A stretch of 64,000 bases of DNA from Candidatus Freyarchaeum deiterrae (GCA_037305845.1 CP147778.1:352001-416000), one strand, 5' to 3'. Numbered from the stretch's first letter, positions 9,731 to 19,085 are shown. Notes: generated by a model from the letters alone, not told the origin. A program made the numbers and translations.

Positions 9731-11065
9731 CTATCCCTTGAATATGTCTTTGGTTTTCTTCTCCAGTTCCTTGATGTCGCCCTTATTTACTTTTTTGGGG
9801 TTGTAATACTTCGCTCTGGAAGAATCAGGCAGCCAGTTATCGGGTACGCTTATAGTCTTGGCCTCTCCAGCCGGAACTGGTGGGGGTGCTTGTGCATATG
9901 CTGGCGATGCTGGCTGACGTGAACTGTGCATCTCCTCTTCCTCAGCTGGAGGTCTTTTCGGATCCTTGCGACCCTTATCTTTATCCTTATCCTTGTCCTT
10001 ACCCTTACCTTTGTCCTTATCCTTGTCCTTACCCTTACCTTTGTCCTTATCCTTGTCCTTACCCTTACCTTTGTCCTTATCCTTGTCCTTACCCTTACCT
10101 TTGTCCTTGTCCTTGTCCTTACCCTTACCCTTAGGTTGATCTTGCTCCTCATCATCTGGAAATCTTCTGGGAGCCTGAGAACCCGGAGCTCCACCATACT
10201 CCGCCTCAGCTGGAGGTCTTCTGGGAGCCTGGTAACCCGGAGCTGAACCGTATCCCGGAGCCTCACCATATCCCGGAGCTCCACCATACTCCGCCTCAGC
10301 TGGAGGTCTACTGGGAGCCTGGTAACCCGGAGCTGAACCGTATCCCGGAGCCTCACCATATCCCGGAGTTGGCTCTGGGCGGGGTGCTCTTCTTTGGGCT
10401 TCTGGCTTAATTTTTCCTAGAACAGTTGAAATCTGTGACCTCAGCTGCATCGATGGCGGGAGTGGATATCCTCCTGGGCCGTATTGTTGTGGTGTGGCTG
10501 CTGCTGCGGCTTCGAGTTTATTCATTTCTTTTGAAAAGACTGATGGTTTGACGTATTTCTCTTCTACTATGCCGCCTCGAGCTGGTCTGTATGTTCCGAT
10601 TGCTTCCTCTCCTGAGGATTCGCCGAAGCTTGAGGGTTGCATTTCTCGCCTTGCAGGTTGTTGTCTGGCTTGGCTCGGACTTCGACCGCCTGCTGCCTCA
10701 GCCTCTCTGGGAGACGCTGCGTAGGTTTTTTCTGATATATACTGTCTCCCTTGCGGTGTACCAGCCGCCGCCACGGAGGGGGTTCTACTGACTGACGGGG
10801 GAGTTTGATCCCTCGCAGCAGTTACAAAATCTGCAGGTTCTCTACTTCCAAGTGAAATCGGTCTTGCTTCTCTCTTTTCTCCTGTGTAAGAGGACCAGCT
10901 TGCAGCACCGTCTACTTTACTTTCAAGTTCCGTCATTCTTTGATTTATGAAAGCTATTTCCTGTCTCACTGCTTCTGTATACTGGTCGAAGACTTCTGCT
11001 ATTTTTTCAATCCCTTGCTCAAGCTTTTTTAGGACATCATCAACATGTTTCTCCTTATTTACCAT
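9731..11065 (-). CDS. Low-complexity, largely disordered protein with N-terminal coiled coil, PGYG repeats and (KG)n(KD)n repeats
   Basis: 444-aa ORF with a heptad-like N-terminus, in-frame repeats and GGGAGAGG upstream. Confidence 0.75.
   Translation of the reverse strand: MVNKEKHVDDVLKKLEQGIEKIAEVFDQYTEAVRQEIAFINQRMTELESKVDGAASWSSYTGEKREARPISLGSREPADFVTAARDQTPPSVSRTPSVAAAGTPQGRQYISEKTYAASPREAEAAGGRSPSQARQQPARREMQPSSFGESSGEEAIGTYRPARGGIVEEKYVKPSVFSKEMNKLEAAAAATPQQYGPGGYPLPPSMQLRSQISTVLGKIKPEAQRRAPRPEPTPGYGEAPGYGSAPGYQAPSRPPAEAEYGGAPGYGEAPGYGSAPGYQAPRRPPAEAEYGGAPGSQAPRRFPDDEEQDQPKGKGKDKDKDKGKGKDKDKDKGKGKDKDKDKGKGKDKDKDKGKGKDKDKDKDKGRKDPKRPPAEEEEMHSSRQPASPAYAQAPPPVPAGEAKTISVPDNWLPDSSRAKYYNPKKVNKGDIKELEKKTKDIFKG
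9982..10129. repeat. 30-bp tandem repeat (about 5 copies) encoding KGKGKDKDKD
   Basis: Unit CCTTGTCCTTACCCTTACCTTTGTCCTTAT repeated from 9991. Confidence 0.95.
10182..10368. repeat. 90-bp tandem repeat (2 near-identical copies plus partial) encoding PGYGEAPGYGSAPGYQAP(S/R)RPPAEAEYGGA
   Basis: 10182-10271 and 10272-10361 differ at about one position. Confidence 0.95.
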
Positions 11066-11171
11066 AGAGAGCCTCTCCCGACTCTTTAATTTCGGGTTGC
11101 TTAAATTATTCTACGTCTTTTGACTATAAATATTTATTTAATAGCATTTTGATTTTCTCAACACTTAAAAA

Positions 11172-11213
11172 TGAGCAAAAAGAAAGAAGTGAGCAAAAAT
11201 TGATAATTGCTCA
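11172..11213. promoter_or_regulatory. Candidate operator: TGAGCAA direct repeat plus TGAGCAA-N10-TTGCTCA inverted repeat
   Basis: TGAGCAA at 11172 and 11190, TTGCTCA at 11207. Lies upstream of the 9731..11065 gene. Confidence 0.35.
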
Positions 11214-11269
11214 AAAAATAATGAAAGGGTGGAGGATGGGTGGTGTATTTTTCTGTTGATTCATGGAGT

Positions 11270-12196
11270 CTAAGTCACTGTTTTTTCTAGTGGTGGGATT
11301 ACCTGCTTTTTTCTGGACATCATGCCTTTTATGTATGCTGAATTGTCTTTTAGTTGTGCGTTGAAGGCTTTCTTGGTTACTGAGCCGTCTTTGTCTCCTG
11401 TTACTAGGAGTTCTGTTCCCTCCTGTATGATGTCGGTGAGCATCATGAAGAGCATGTCGTAGCCTTCCTTCTTCGACATTTTGTCCATTTCGCCAAGTAT
11501 ATCCTTTTTTCTGCCTCGGGCTTCCTCGATGTCCACTATCTCAACCTGCCCCACGCCCACCTTTTTGCTTCCGAACTTGTAGTCTTTGAAGTCCGATTTT
11601 ATAATGTCTTTAGCACTTTTACCCGCTAAGCTGGCTTTGGTTTTCTTTACCTCGATTCCAAATTTCTGTGGATCCACACCCACTATTGGAGCCAGCTTAT
11701 CGGCCGCCTTCTTGTCGCGGTCGGTACATGTGGGTGACTTGAAAACCACAGTGTCCGATAGAATAGCGCCGAGCAGTATTCCCGCTGTTTTCTTATCCAG
11801 TTTGATTCCCTTCTCAAAATACTTCTCCGCAACTAACGTCGATGTCGATCCTACTGGTTCGGTGTGGAATAGGATGGGATTCGCGAGTTTGAACTCTATA
11901 CGATGATGATCCAAGACTTCTAATACGTCGGCTTTGTCGGCTCCATCAACCATCTGGCCCAATTCGTTGTGATCTACTAGGATTAGCTTTTTTCCAGCAG
12001 CATTGTCCAATATCTTAGGTGCCTCAACGCCAAAGTTTTTGAGAACAAACTCCGTTTCGGGGTTAATCTCACCAGCTCTCGCAGCCGTGGCGGCAGGATT
12101 CTCTTTGGTTACTCTTTTTAAATTCGCGTAAGCTATGGCAGCACAAACCGAATCGGTATCCGGCGATTTATGACCAATAACATAAACCTCAGACAT
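11270..12196 (-). CDS. ppaC: Mn-dependent family II inorganic pyrophosphatase
   Basis: GHKSPDTD, LVDHNE, LDHH, ILSDT..FKSPT and SRKKQ. Confidence 0.96.
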   Translation of the reverse strand: MSEVYVIGHKSPDTDSVCAAIAYANLKRVTKENPAATAARAGEINPETEFVLKNFGVEAPKILDNAAGKKLILVDHNELGQMVDGADKADVLEVLDHHRIEFKLANPILFHTEPVGSTSTLVAEKYFEKGIKLDKKTAGILLGAILSDTVVFKSPTCTDRDKKAADKLAPIVGVDPQKFGIEVKKTKASLAGKSAKDIIKSDFKDYKFGSKKVGVGQVEIVDIEEARGRKKDILGEMDKMSKKEGYDMLFMMLTDIIQEGTELLVTGDKDGSVTKKAFNAQLKDNSAYIKGMMSRKKQVIPPLEKTVT

Positions 12197-12675
12197 TTTC
12201 CAAATACCTCACAAATTCCTTTTCAAACCATTTTATCGCATCAAAGATATAAAACATTCGTCTAAAACCACTCAACTAAGGTCGAGAAAACAAGCAATCA
12301 AAACAAGAAGGCATCCAAATTTCCAATTTAAACTCGTGATCTACTATTTTTCAGCTTAAAAACTCCTGAAAAGTTCTTTCCCAATTCCATAATTCTATTG
12401 TATTCGTTGCTCGAATAGTAAAACTTAATATAATAATAGACCCTAAAAAATTCATTAGACATAAAGGAATGTAAAGTGAACCCTTTGATTGCGAAGGGTA
12501 AGCCACTAATTTCTGTTAACCCTGCAAAAAGAATGGACAGAATGAATGAACTAAAATAATTAGTCACCCTATTCGTAAAGCATCGACAGGCAATAATAGA
12601 GGCAATCTGTCTAAAATATGGAGCCGTTTTATTGTAGAGGGTGACGGGGGTTAAAATGTTATACTAAATAAATTA

Positions 12676-15600
12676 GTGGGGGACGACCATATGAGAGTGA
12701 GAAGTACGAGGAAGGAAGCATTTACAATAGTGGTTTTGGCAGCAATCCTACTTACAGGTGCGGTTGTACTTACCTCGACCTCGATTCAGAGCCAAAACCA
12801 AAAAACGTACCCACTCATCAACGCCTACATGCAAGGTGGCTCCCAAGGTTCTCCCCCTATCATTCTACCAAAGATGAACATCGATTCTAGCAGAATATTA
12901 AACGGAAGCGTCTACACTGAAACGATAATTGTGCTGGCGGACAACATAGTGATAGATGGAAACGGATCCACCGTCCAGGGCTCTGGATCTGGTTCTGGGT
13001 GTGGCTTCAACTTAACTGGCAGAAGTAACGTAACCATCTTTAACGTCACAGTCACGGGGTGGGACTACGGCTTCTACTTGCAACAAAGCTCGAACAACAA
13101 TCTCTCAGGCAACACCGCAAACAACAACACTTGGAGCGGCTTCTTACTACAATCCAACTCAAACAACAATACTCTTTCCAGTAACATCGCAAACAACAAC
13201 GGCGAAGGCTTCTTACTACAATCCAACTCGAACAACAATTTTACAAATAACACCGCAAATAACAACAACGGTGACGGCTTCGTATTGGCTTCCAGCTCTT
13301 ACAATACTCTTTCGGGTAACACCGCAAACAACAACGGATACCAAGGCTTCTGGCTAGTAACAAGCTCTTACAACAATACTCTTTCGGGTAACACCGCAAA
13401 CAACAACGGACTCGACGGCTTCCCCCTGTACTCCAGCTCTTACAATACTCTTTCGGGTAACACCGCAAACAACAACTACGAGGACGGCTTCGACCTGTAC
13501 AATAGCTCCAACAATATTCTTTCGAGTAACAACGCCACAAACAACAAATGGGACGGCTTCGACCTGCTCTCCAGCTCGAACAATAATACTCTTGGGGGTA
13601 ACAACGCCACAAACAACATGTATGGCTTCAGCCTGTGGTCCAGCGCGAACTACAATAATCTTTCGGGTAACAAAGCCATAAACAACACATACAGTTTCTA
13701 TCTTGAAACTGGTAGCTCAGGCAATGACTTTACGGGAAGTTTTGTAGCTAATTATCTCAGAGTTCAGGTTCTATACTATAACGGTGATGCTATGCAGGGT
13801 GCGGATGTTAAAGTAGAGGTCGACGGGAACCCAGTATACGCCTCTCTGGGATTTGGTGGAAGTAATTCCACATCAGACCAATATGGATTGACAGATTGGA
13901 TTTTCGTCCCATATGGAATCTTTAATAATGTCACACTGGTGCAGAACACAACGAATGTAACCGTAAACTTCACGGTTTTGAGTTTTACCAACAACAATAG
14001 AACAGTTAATATGTCCTCTCCTCATACGGAGACCTTCACTGCCACGCCCATTATATGGGAGGATACCTCAATAAATGGTTCCCAGAACATTTCAAACATT
14101 GATATTATACTAAACGGAAACCTTACAATCGCTAGCGGAGGAAGCCTAACACTAACCAACGTTCACCTAAGTGTTAACTGCACTACCAACGGTGAACACA
14201 GCATAGTGGTTCAGGGTGGGGGGGCACTGTATATGAATGACACCGACGGAAATCCCAATACTAGGAACGACGCCACAAAAATCACAGCATACACTCAGGA
14301 TAACGCGCATAATTTCCTCTTCTGGGTGCAACCCGGAGCAACATTCCAGATGAACAACAGCGAAATACACTACTGCGGATACGACAACTGGCCGAACATG
14401 GATTGCCTCGGTCCCTGCATAAACACAAACAACACAATAATCGAGAACAACACCTTCTCAAACAACTACTATGGAATAGTGCTCCAGAACGCCTACTATA
14501 ACACAATAAGAAACAACAATGCCACAAACAACAGTTACGAAGGCTTCTTCCTTGACTCCAGTTCCAACAACCAACTCATTAACAATACGGCTGCAAACAA
14601 CAACTGGAACGGCTTCATCCTCTATTCCGGTTCCAACAGCAACAATCTCTCAGGCAACACCGCAAACAGCAACGGCAACAACGGCTTCCACCTGGAAAAC
14701 GGCTCGAATAATCTTCTTTCAGGCAACACCGCCGCGTACAACACTGGTGCCGACTTCTACCTAAACTCCAGCTCATACAACACTCTTTCGGGCAACACCG
14801 CAGCCACTGTAGAAATCTACAACATTCCGGTGAATATTACCATTGTGGCGAATCCGACTACCGACTACATCCTCAGGTATCATGGCTTGTCTGTGGATCA
14901 ACCTCTGCCCGATGACTTCTGGAACTACTATCCACTCTACATCATCCAGACAACTAGTTCTTCATTTACCTACACCACGATACAAAACTTTTCCTCAGGG
15001 AGCCACTACGTCGAGTACGCGAGTTCTGGTTACGTGACGAACTACGCCTGGCATGCAAGAATATACATCAATAATGTCCTAGTGGCAGAAGGAGACGTTG
15101 GAAGATCCAACCACCTCATAGCCTATTTCGACGCAACTAACAACTCCCAATACGGCTTCTACCTAAACTCCAGCTTATACAACACTCTTTCGGGCAACAC
15201 CGCAAACAACAACACTTGGAGCGGCTTCTATTTGCGTTACAGTTCAAATAACACTATTTCGGGTAACAACGCAAGCAACAACTATTATGGCTTCTTCCTT
15301 TATTCCAGCTTGAACAATACTATTATGGGTAACAATGCCGTAAACAACACAAACGGTTTCTATCTGGATAGTGGTAGCACAGGCAATGATTTAACGGGTA
15401 GTGTTGTAGTGAATTATCTCTGTGTTGAGGTTCTGGGACAAACTGGTGGTGTTGTGCAGGGTGCGGATGTTAAGATAGAGGTTGACGGAAACACTATGTA
15501 TGCCTCTCCCGGATTTGGCGGCAGCAACTCCACGACAGACCGAAACGGATTAACTGACTGGATTTTATTCCCGTATCAAACCTGTGTCGGTGGAACTTGG

Positions 15601-16650
15601 ATGGGTAATACGACCCTTGTGACTGTGAAATTCTTTGCACTAAATATTACGAATAGTTCAAGAGTAGTTAACATGAGTTCACCGCACAAGGAAACCTTTG
15701 TTGTGACAAACGTAGATACAGCTATTACCACTGATATCGGTTATGGCCCAAATCAGTATTGGAACGCCTCAGCACAAATGGGCATAGAGCTCACACTTAA
15801 TCTCACAGCACCGGTTAAAATAAGCATTATAAAACCCATAAACAACCCAGGGGGAAGTGCATCCTCAGGCTTGAACTTTCTAAGATTTGTTTCCATCGAG
15901 GCGAACGACACCAATCCGATTCAGAAAATCGGAATAACGATACACTACACAGATAGCCTCCTCATAGAAGAAAACTCCTTAGCGTTATGGTACTGGAACA
16001 CAACCTCAGGAAACTGGATTATGCTCCCAAGCACTATAGACCCGCAAAATAACATTGTGACTTCATATACTGATCATCTGACCAATTTCGCTTTAATGGG
16101 AAGTACATCGTACCTTCCACTCCTACCACTCCTCCTCCTGCTTACGCCCAGCGGCCTAAATCCACTGGTTTACCTGGCTCTGGGCTTGGTTGCGGTTGGA
16201 GTGGTCACAGTTGCGGCGCTGGGATTACGGAGAAGAAGAGAAGAACAAGTTCCTAAGACGGAAGCTCCAACCAGATACGCAAGTACCCGAACTCCCCAGA
16301 AAAGTCCAACCAAATACGCGAGAACTCAAACTTCTCGAAGAAAGAAAATTGTGGAAGTTCCTGAGCAGGAAATGGCACTTAAGTTTAGTTGGCCAACACC
16401 TGCTCCCGAAAAACCGAGGTGTGTATACTGCGGCCTCGAGGTTCCAGAGAATGCCAACTACTGCCCCAGATGTCATGGGATCATTGCGCATTGCTCCGTG
16501 TGTAGTCAGAACATCGCTTCAGGAGACCGTTTCCTAGAGTGCCCCCACTGCGGTACCCTGAGTCACAGGGACCACCTGTTAGAGTGGATCAAGGTGAAGG
16601 GGTACTGTCCAAGTTGCAAGAATAAATTGAGGGAATCAGACTTCGATTAG
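12676..16650 (+). CDS. Large single-pass surface protein: signal peptide, NosD/PbH1 beta-helix repeats, TM helix, cytoplasmic zinc ribbon plus RING-like domain
   Basis: Hydrophobic N-terminus. (S/G)NxAxNN..GFxL..S repeats. TM VYLALGLVAVGVVTVAALGL followed by RRRR. Tail CVYC..CPRC..CSVC..CPHC..H..H...W..CPSC. Confidence 0.85.
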   Translation: MGDDHMRVRSTRKEAFTIVVLAAILLTGAVVLTSTSIQSQNQKTYPLINAYMQGGSQGSPPIILPKMNIDSSRILNGSVYTETIIVLADNIVIDGNGSTVQGSGSGSGCGFNLTGRSNVTIFNVTVTGWDYGFYLQQSSNNNLSGNTANNNTWSGFLLQSNSNNNTLSSNIANNNGEGFLLQSNSNNNFTNNTANNNNGDGFVLASSSYNTLSGNTANNNGYQGFWLVTSSYNNTLSGNTANNNGLDGFPLYSSSYNTLSGNTANNNYEDGFDLYNSSNNILSSNNATNNKWDGFDLLSSSNNNTLGGNNATNNMYGFSLWSSANYNNLSGNKAINNTYSFYLETGSSGNDFTGSFVANYLRVQVLYYNGDAMQGADVKVEVDGNPVYASLGFGGSNSTSDQYGLTDWIFVPYGIFNNVTLVQNTTNVTVNFTVLSFTNNNRTVNMSSPHTETFTATPIIWEDTSINGSQNISNIDIILNGNLTIASGGSLTLTNVHLSVNCTTNGEHSIVVQGGGALYMNDTDGNPNTRNDATKITAYTQDNAHNFLFWVQPGATFQMNNSEIHYCGYDNWPNMDCLGPCINTNNTIIENNTFSNNYYGIVLQNAYYNTIRNNNATNNSYEGFFLDSSSNNQLINNTAANNNWNGFILYSGSNSNNLSGNTANSNGNNGFHLENGSNNLLSGNTAAYNTGADFYLNSSSYNTLSGNTAATVEIYNIPVNITIVANPTTDYILRYHGLSVDQPLPDDFWNYYPLYIIQTTSSSFTYTTIQNFSSGSHYVEYASSGYVTNYAWHARIYINNVLVAEGDVGRSNHLIAYFDATNNSQYGFYLNSSLYNTLSGNTANNNTWSGFYLRYSSNNTISGNNASNNYYGFFLYSSLNNTIMGNNAVNNTNGFYLDSGSTGNDLTGSVVVNYLCVEVLGQTGGVVQGADVKIEVDGNTMYASPGFGGSNSTTDRNGLTDWILFPYQTCVGGTWMGNTTLVTVKFFALNITNSSRVVNMSSPHKETFVVTNVDTAITTDIGYGPNQYWNASAQMGIELTLNLTAPVKISIIKPINNPGGSASSGLNFLRFVSIEANDTNPIQKIGITIHYTDSLLIEENSLALWYWNTTSGNWIMLPSTIDPQNNIVTSYTDHLTNFALMGSTSYLPLLPLLLLLTPSGLNPLVYLALGLVAVGVVTVAALGLRRRREEQVPKTEAPTRYASTRTPQKSPTKYARTQTSRRKKIVEVPEQEMALKFSWPTPAPEKPRCVYCGLEVPENANYCPRCHGIIAHCSVCSQNIASGDRFLECPHCGTLSHRDHLLEWIKVKGYCPSCKNKLRESDFD
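13066..13700 (+). repeat. Degenerate 66-72-bp coding tandem repeats (PbH1 beta-helix rungs)
   Basis: AATACTCTTTCGGGTAACACCGCAAACAACAAC recurs at about 13303, 13375 and 13444. Related units occur at about 14500-14800 and 15150-15370. Confidence 0.9.
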
Positions 16651-16907
16651 AACCTTAACTTTTGAATTAACCAAAGTTTTCTATTTCCTCTTTTTTATTT
16701 GAGGTGCTTATTGAAGATTAAGTTGTCATTCAATCTGCGATTGAAAAATTAGAGAATTGGAAAAAATTTAATTTATACTTTAGTGTTCACCTTTGGATAC
16801 TTGTTAGGGTTTCTTTATTTTATCATTTTTGGGAAAGATTATTTCCGTTTTTTGTCGGAAATCTTTCCGAGTATTATCTCATAATAGGGGGATGTGTTTG
16901 GTGTTTT

Positions 16908-17885
16908 TTATTCTAGTCCCGCTTCTTTGTATCGTTTTAGTGTTAACTGGGCGTCTTTTGCTATGGCTTCGTCGTTTAGTGCTTGGGTTAATGGTTTTAC
17001 TGCGTTTTTGCTCACTAGGTCTCTTTTCGCGTATAGGGCGAGTAGTCTGGCTGCTGCTTTTCGGATGTCTTCGTGTTTGTCTTTTAGTAGTTTTGCAGAT
17101 GCGTCTACGGCTTTCTCGTCTGTGAGGTTTTTATTCGCGTAGATTACCAGTGTTTCTGCTGCGTTTTCCCTCACATCTTCGTCCTTGTCTTTTAGGAGTT
17201 TGACCAGCCTCTCCATCGCTTTTTCGTCTGTGAATCCTTTCTCGGCGTAGATTCCCACAGTCATAGCGTCGTTCATTCTCACTCCGTTTTCGATGTCTTT
17301 GAGCCCGTTAATCAGTTTTTCTAGTACCTTTTCGTCTGTCACGCCTTTTTCGGCGTAGTTTAGAACGGCGTAGGAGGCGTTTCTGCGCACGCTTGCGTTA
17401 TTATCGTCCATCAGGGCGACTATTTTTTCAAACGCGTCTTTGACCATAGAATTTTTTTCCGCGAAGAAACCGAGTATTAGGACGCCGTTAGCTCTTACTT
17501 TCTCAAATTTGTTCTCTAGCATTTGTAGGAGCATGTCCTTACTTAGGTCACGATTACTAACGAGGTTTGCTCCGGCGTAAACGGTGAGAGCCATGGTTGT
17601 ATTGATGAGAACATCTATTTCTTTGTCATCCAACATTTTTATCAGAGGATTGATAGCCTTTTCGTTGAATAGTTGTTGTTTACCGTATTTGGCTATTGTC
17701 CAGGCGGACATGCTTCTAGCCTTTTTATCTTTGTCACTTAAAAACGGTATAAGAAGAATTAGTGCCTTCTCATTGAATTCACCCTTGTTAGCATATTTAG
17801 CGGTTTTAAGCAGGGCAGTATAGCGTTTTTTGTCCTTCTTATTCTGAAGGGCAGCTAAGAGTTTCTCTACTTTTTCACTGCTCAA
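16908..17885 (-). CDS. HEAT-repeat (alpha-solenoid) protein
   Basis: About 38-aa repeats of EKA...LxKLLxDxxxxVRxNAAxxLxxYA. GGAGG upstream. Confidence 0.88.
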   Translation of the reverse strand: MSSEKVEKLLAALQNKKDKKRYTALLKTAKYANKGEFNEKALILLIPFLSDKDKKARSMSAWTIAKYGKQQLFNEKAINPLIKMLDDKEIDVLINTTMALTVYAGANLVSNRDLSKDMLLQMLENKFEKVRANGVLILGFFAEKNSMVKDAFEKIVALMDDNNASVRRNASYAVLNYAEKGVTDEKVLEKLINGLKDIENGVRMNDAMTVGIYAEKGFTDEKAMERLVKLLKDKDEDVRENAAETLVIYANKNLTDEKAVDASAKLLKDKHEDIRKAAARLLALYAKRDLVSKNAVKPLTQALNDEAIAKDAQLTLKRYKEAGLE

Positions 17886-18178
17886 TTTTTTAACCTCCGT
17901 TTAAGGTGGACTTCTTTACCCGCTTTCTGGATAACATAATGCGGAATACGTTTTAATATCCTTCTGCTTACAAAAGCTTTTCGCATGGTAAATTCTAGAA
18001 ATATTTGCTGAATAAAAGGCGAAACGAAAAATTCCTCTATTAAATTGACCCCGAACTGAATAGTTATGATGAAAGAGAAATATGGATTTGAGAATGGAAA
18101 AAATCTATCTTTCTTGATTTTACTAAGCTATGAAAAAATTTTGAAATAATTAAAAAAAAGAATGTGATGAGTGGGGTA

Positions 18179-18538
18179 TTATACTAGGACAGATGTTGCA
18201 ATTTGCATGAATGGAAATTGTTCGTGTGCGTTTCCCATTATTAAAAGCTTCCAAGCGTCTCGAACGGCGCCGACCTTAATTTTGCCCTCAATTATGCCTT
18301 GGAGAGTCGCTTCGTCGGATCTGAAAATCAGTTCCGGGCTGGGATAATCTCCTTCTTTAAGCTTTACACCCTTGCTTGTGAACACGAAATAGTATGCTTT
18401 GGTGAAGCCTTTTAGGTCGCCCACTTGGAACTGGATGATTTTTCCATAGTAATGGGGGCTAATCCACTGTTTCACGGCGTCCATGGCTTTGGCGTTCATG
18501 TTTTTTGCTAATTTTTCTAGGAACTCTTTTAGAGCCAT
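18179..18538 (-). CDS. SCP2 sterol/lipid-carrier domain protein
   Basis: IQFQV...YYFVF...VKLKEGDYPSPELIFRSDEATLQGIIEGK...KLLIMGN pattern. Confidence 0.7.
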   Translation of the reverse strand: MALKEFLEKLAKNMNAKAMDAVKQWISPHYYGKIIQFQVGDLKGFTKAYYFVFTSKGVKLKEGDYPSPELIFRSDEATLQGIIEGKIKVGAVRDAWKLLIMGNAHEQFPFMQIATSVLV

Positions 18539-18822
18539 TACTTACCCCTCACCTTCTTAATCCAATCCTCAGCTGCCGCCCTGACTGCGGCTTCGACATT
18601 GTTCGCCCCGATATTGCCATAAGTCGTCTCGACGGCTTCAAGGAATTTCTTGTAGAACTCGTACTCCCAGCGTACAACTATTCTTCCCTTCTTATTCTCT
18701 ACCAAGCTCTCACCTAAGAACCCGGACTCTTCCCTGAACAAGTCGTATTCTATGTCTTCTAGTTTTAGTGCAGGATAGGCGATGAATTCGGATCCTGGTG
18801 CATAACCCTTATACTTAGGCAT
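18538..18822 (-). CDS. Small hypothetical protein, C-terminal ribbon-helix-helix-like
   Basis: Strand (RIVVRW), helix (EFYKKFLEAVETTYG), helix (VEAAVRAAAEDWIK). Translationally coupled to the SCP2 gene. Confidence 0.55.
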   Translation of the reverse strand: MPKYKGYAPGSEFIAYPALKLEDIEYDLFREESGFLGESLVENKKGRIVVRWEYEFYKKFLEAVETTYGNIGANNVEAAVRAAAEDWIKKVRGK

Positions 18823-18830
18823 AAACTAAC

Positions 18831-19082
18831 TCACCTCGATAACTTTTCCAACTCCTCAGCGCTTAGAACGATCTGACCGGTGATGTAGGGCCACTGAATC
18901 AAGAAGATTTTACCACTATTTGGAGCGGGCCCGTAGAAAACGTAGCCGCCCTTATTTTTTATATACTCTTCAAGAATGAACTTGCAAACGGTTTCCAAAG
19001 GCACATCTAAGATTTCCGAGTGATTTTTTAGAGCTTTAACCGCATCGTCGTCTAACTCAACTTCAACTTTCACGGCAAACAC
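18831..19082 (-). CDS. Small hypothetical protein, N-terminal ribbon-helix-helix-like
   Basis: VKVEVEL-DDAVKALKNHSE-LETVCKFILEEYI, within a tight operon. Confidence 0.55.
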   Translation of the reverse strand: MFAVKVEVELDDDAVKALKNHSEILDVPLETVCKFILEEYIKNKGGYVFYGPAPNSGKIFLIQWPYITGQIVLSAEELEKLSR

Positions 19083-19085
19083 CTC

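Noticed and set aside
9850-10359. Alternative-frame ORFs (VRVRTRIRTK, PYPCPY and LVLTLTF repeats)
   Set aside because: Shadows of the 30-bp and 90-bp repeats in the 444-aa gene.
9982-10368. Tandem repeats as a CRISPR array
   Set aside because: No unique spacers, unit lengths are multiples of 3 inside an ORF, and no cas genes are present.
12328-12567. 79-aa ORF, and similar AT-rich ORFs at 19933, 26905, 28671 and 60689
   Set aside because: They lie in promoter-like intergenic DNA or antisense to real genes and have no coding signature.
14803-15132. Insert as an intein
   Set aside because: No N-terminal Cys/Ser block and no terminal His-Asn followed by Cys/Ser/Thr.
13066-15370. AAC-rich repeats as a diversity-generating retroelement TR/VR
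   Set aside because: Explained by the Asn ladder of the beta-helix. No reverse transcriptase and no non-coding template copy.
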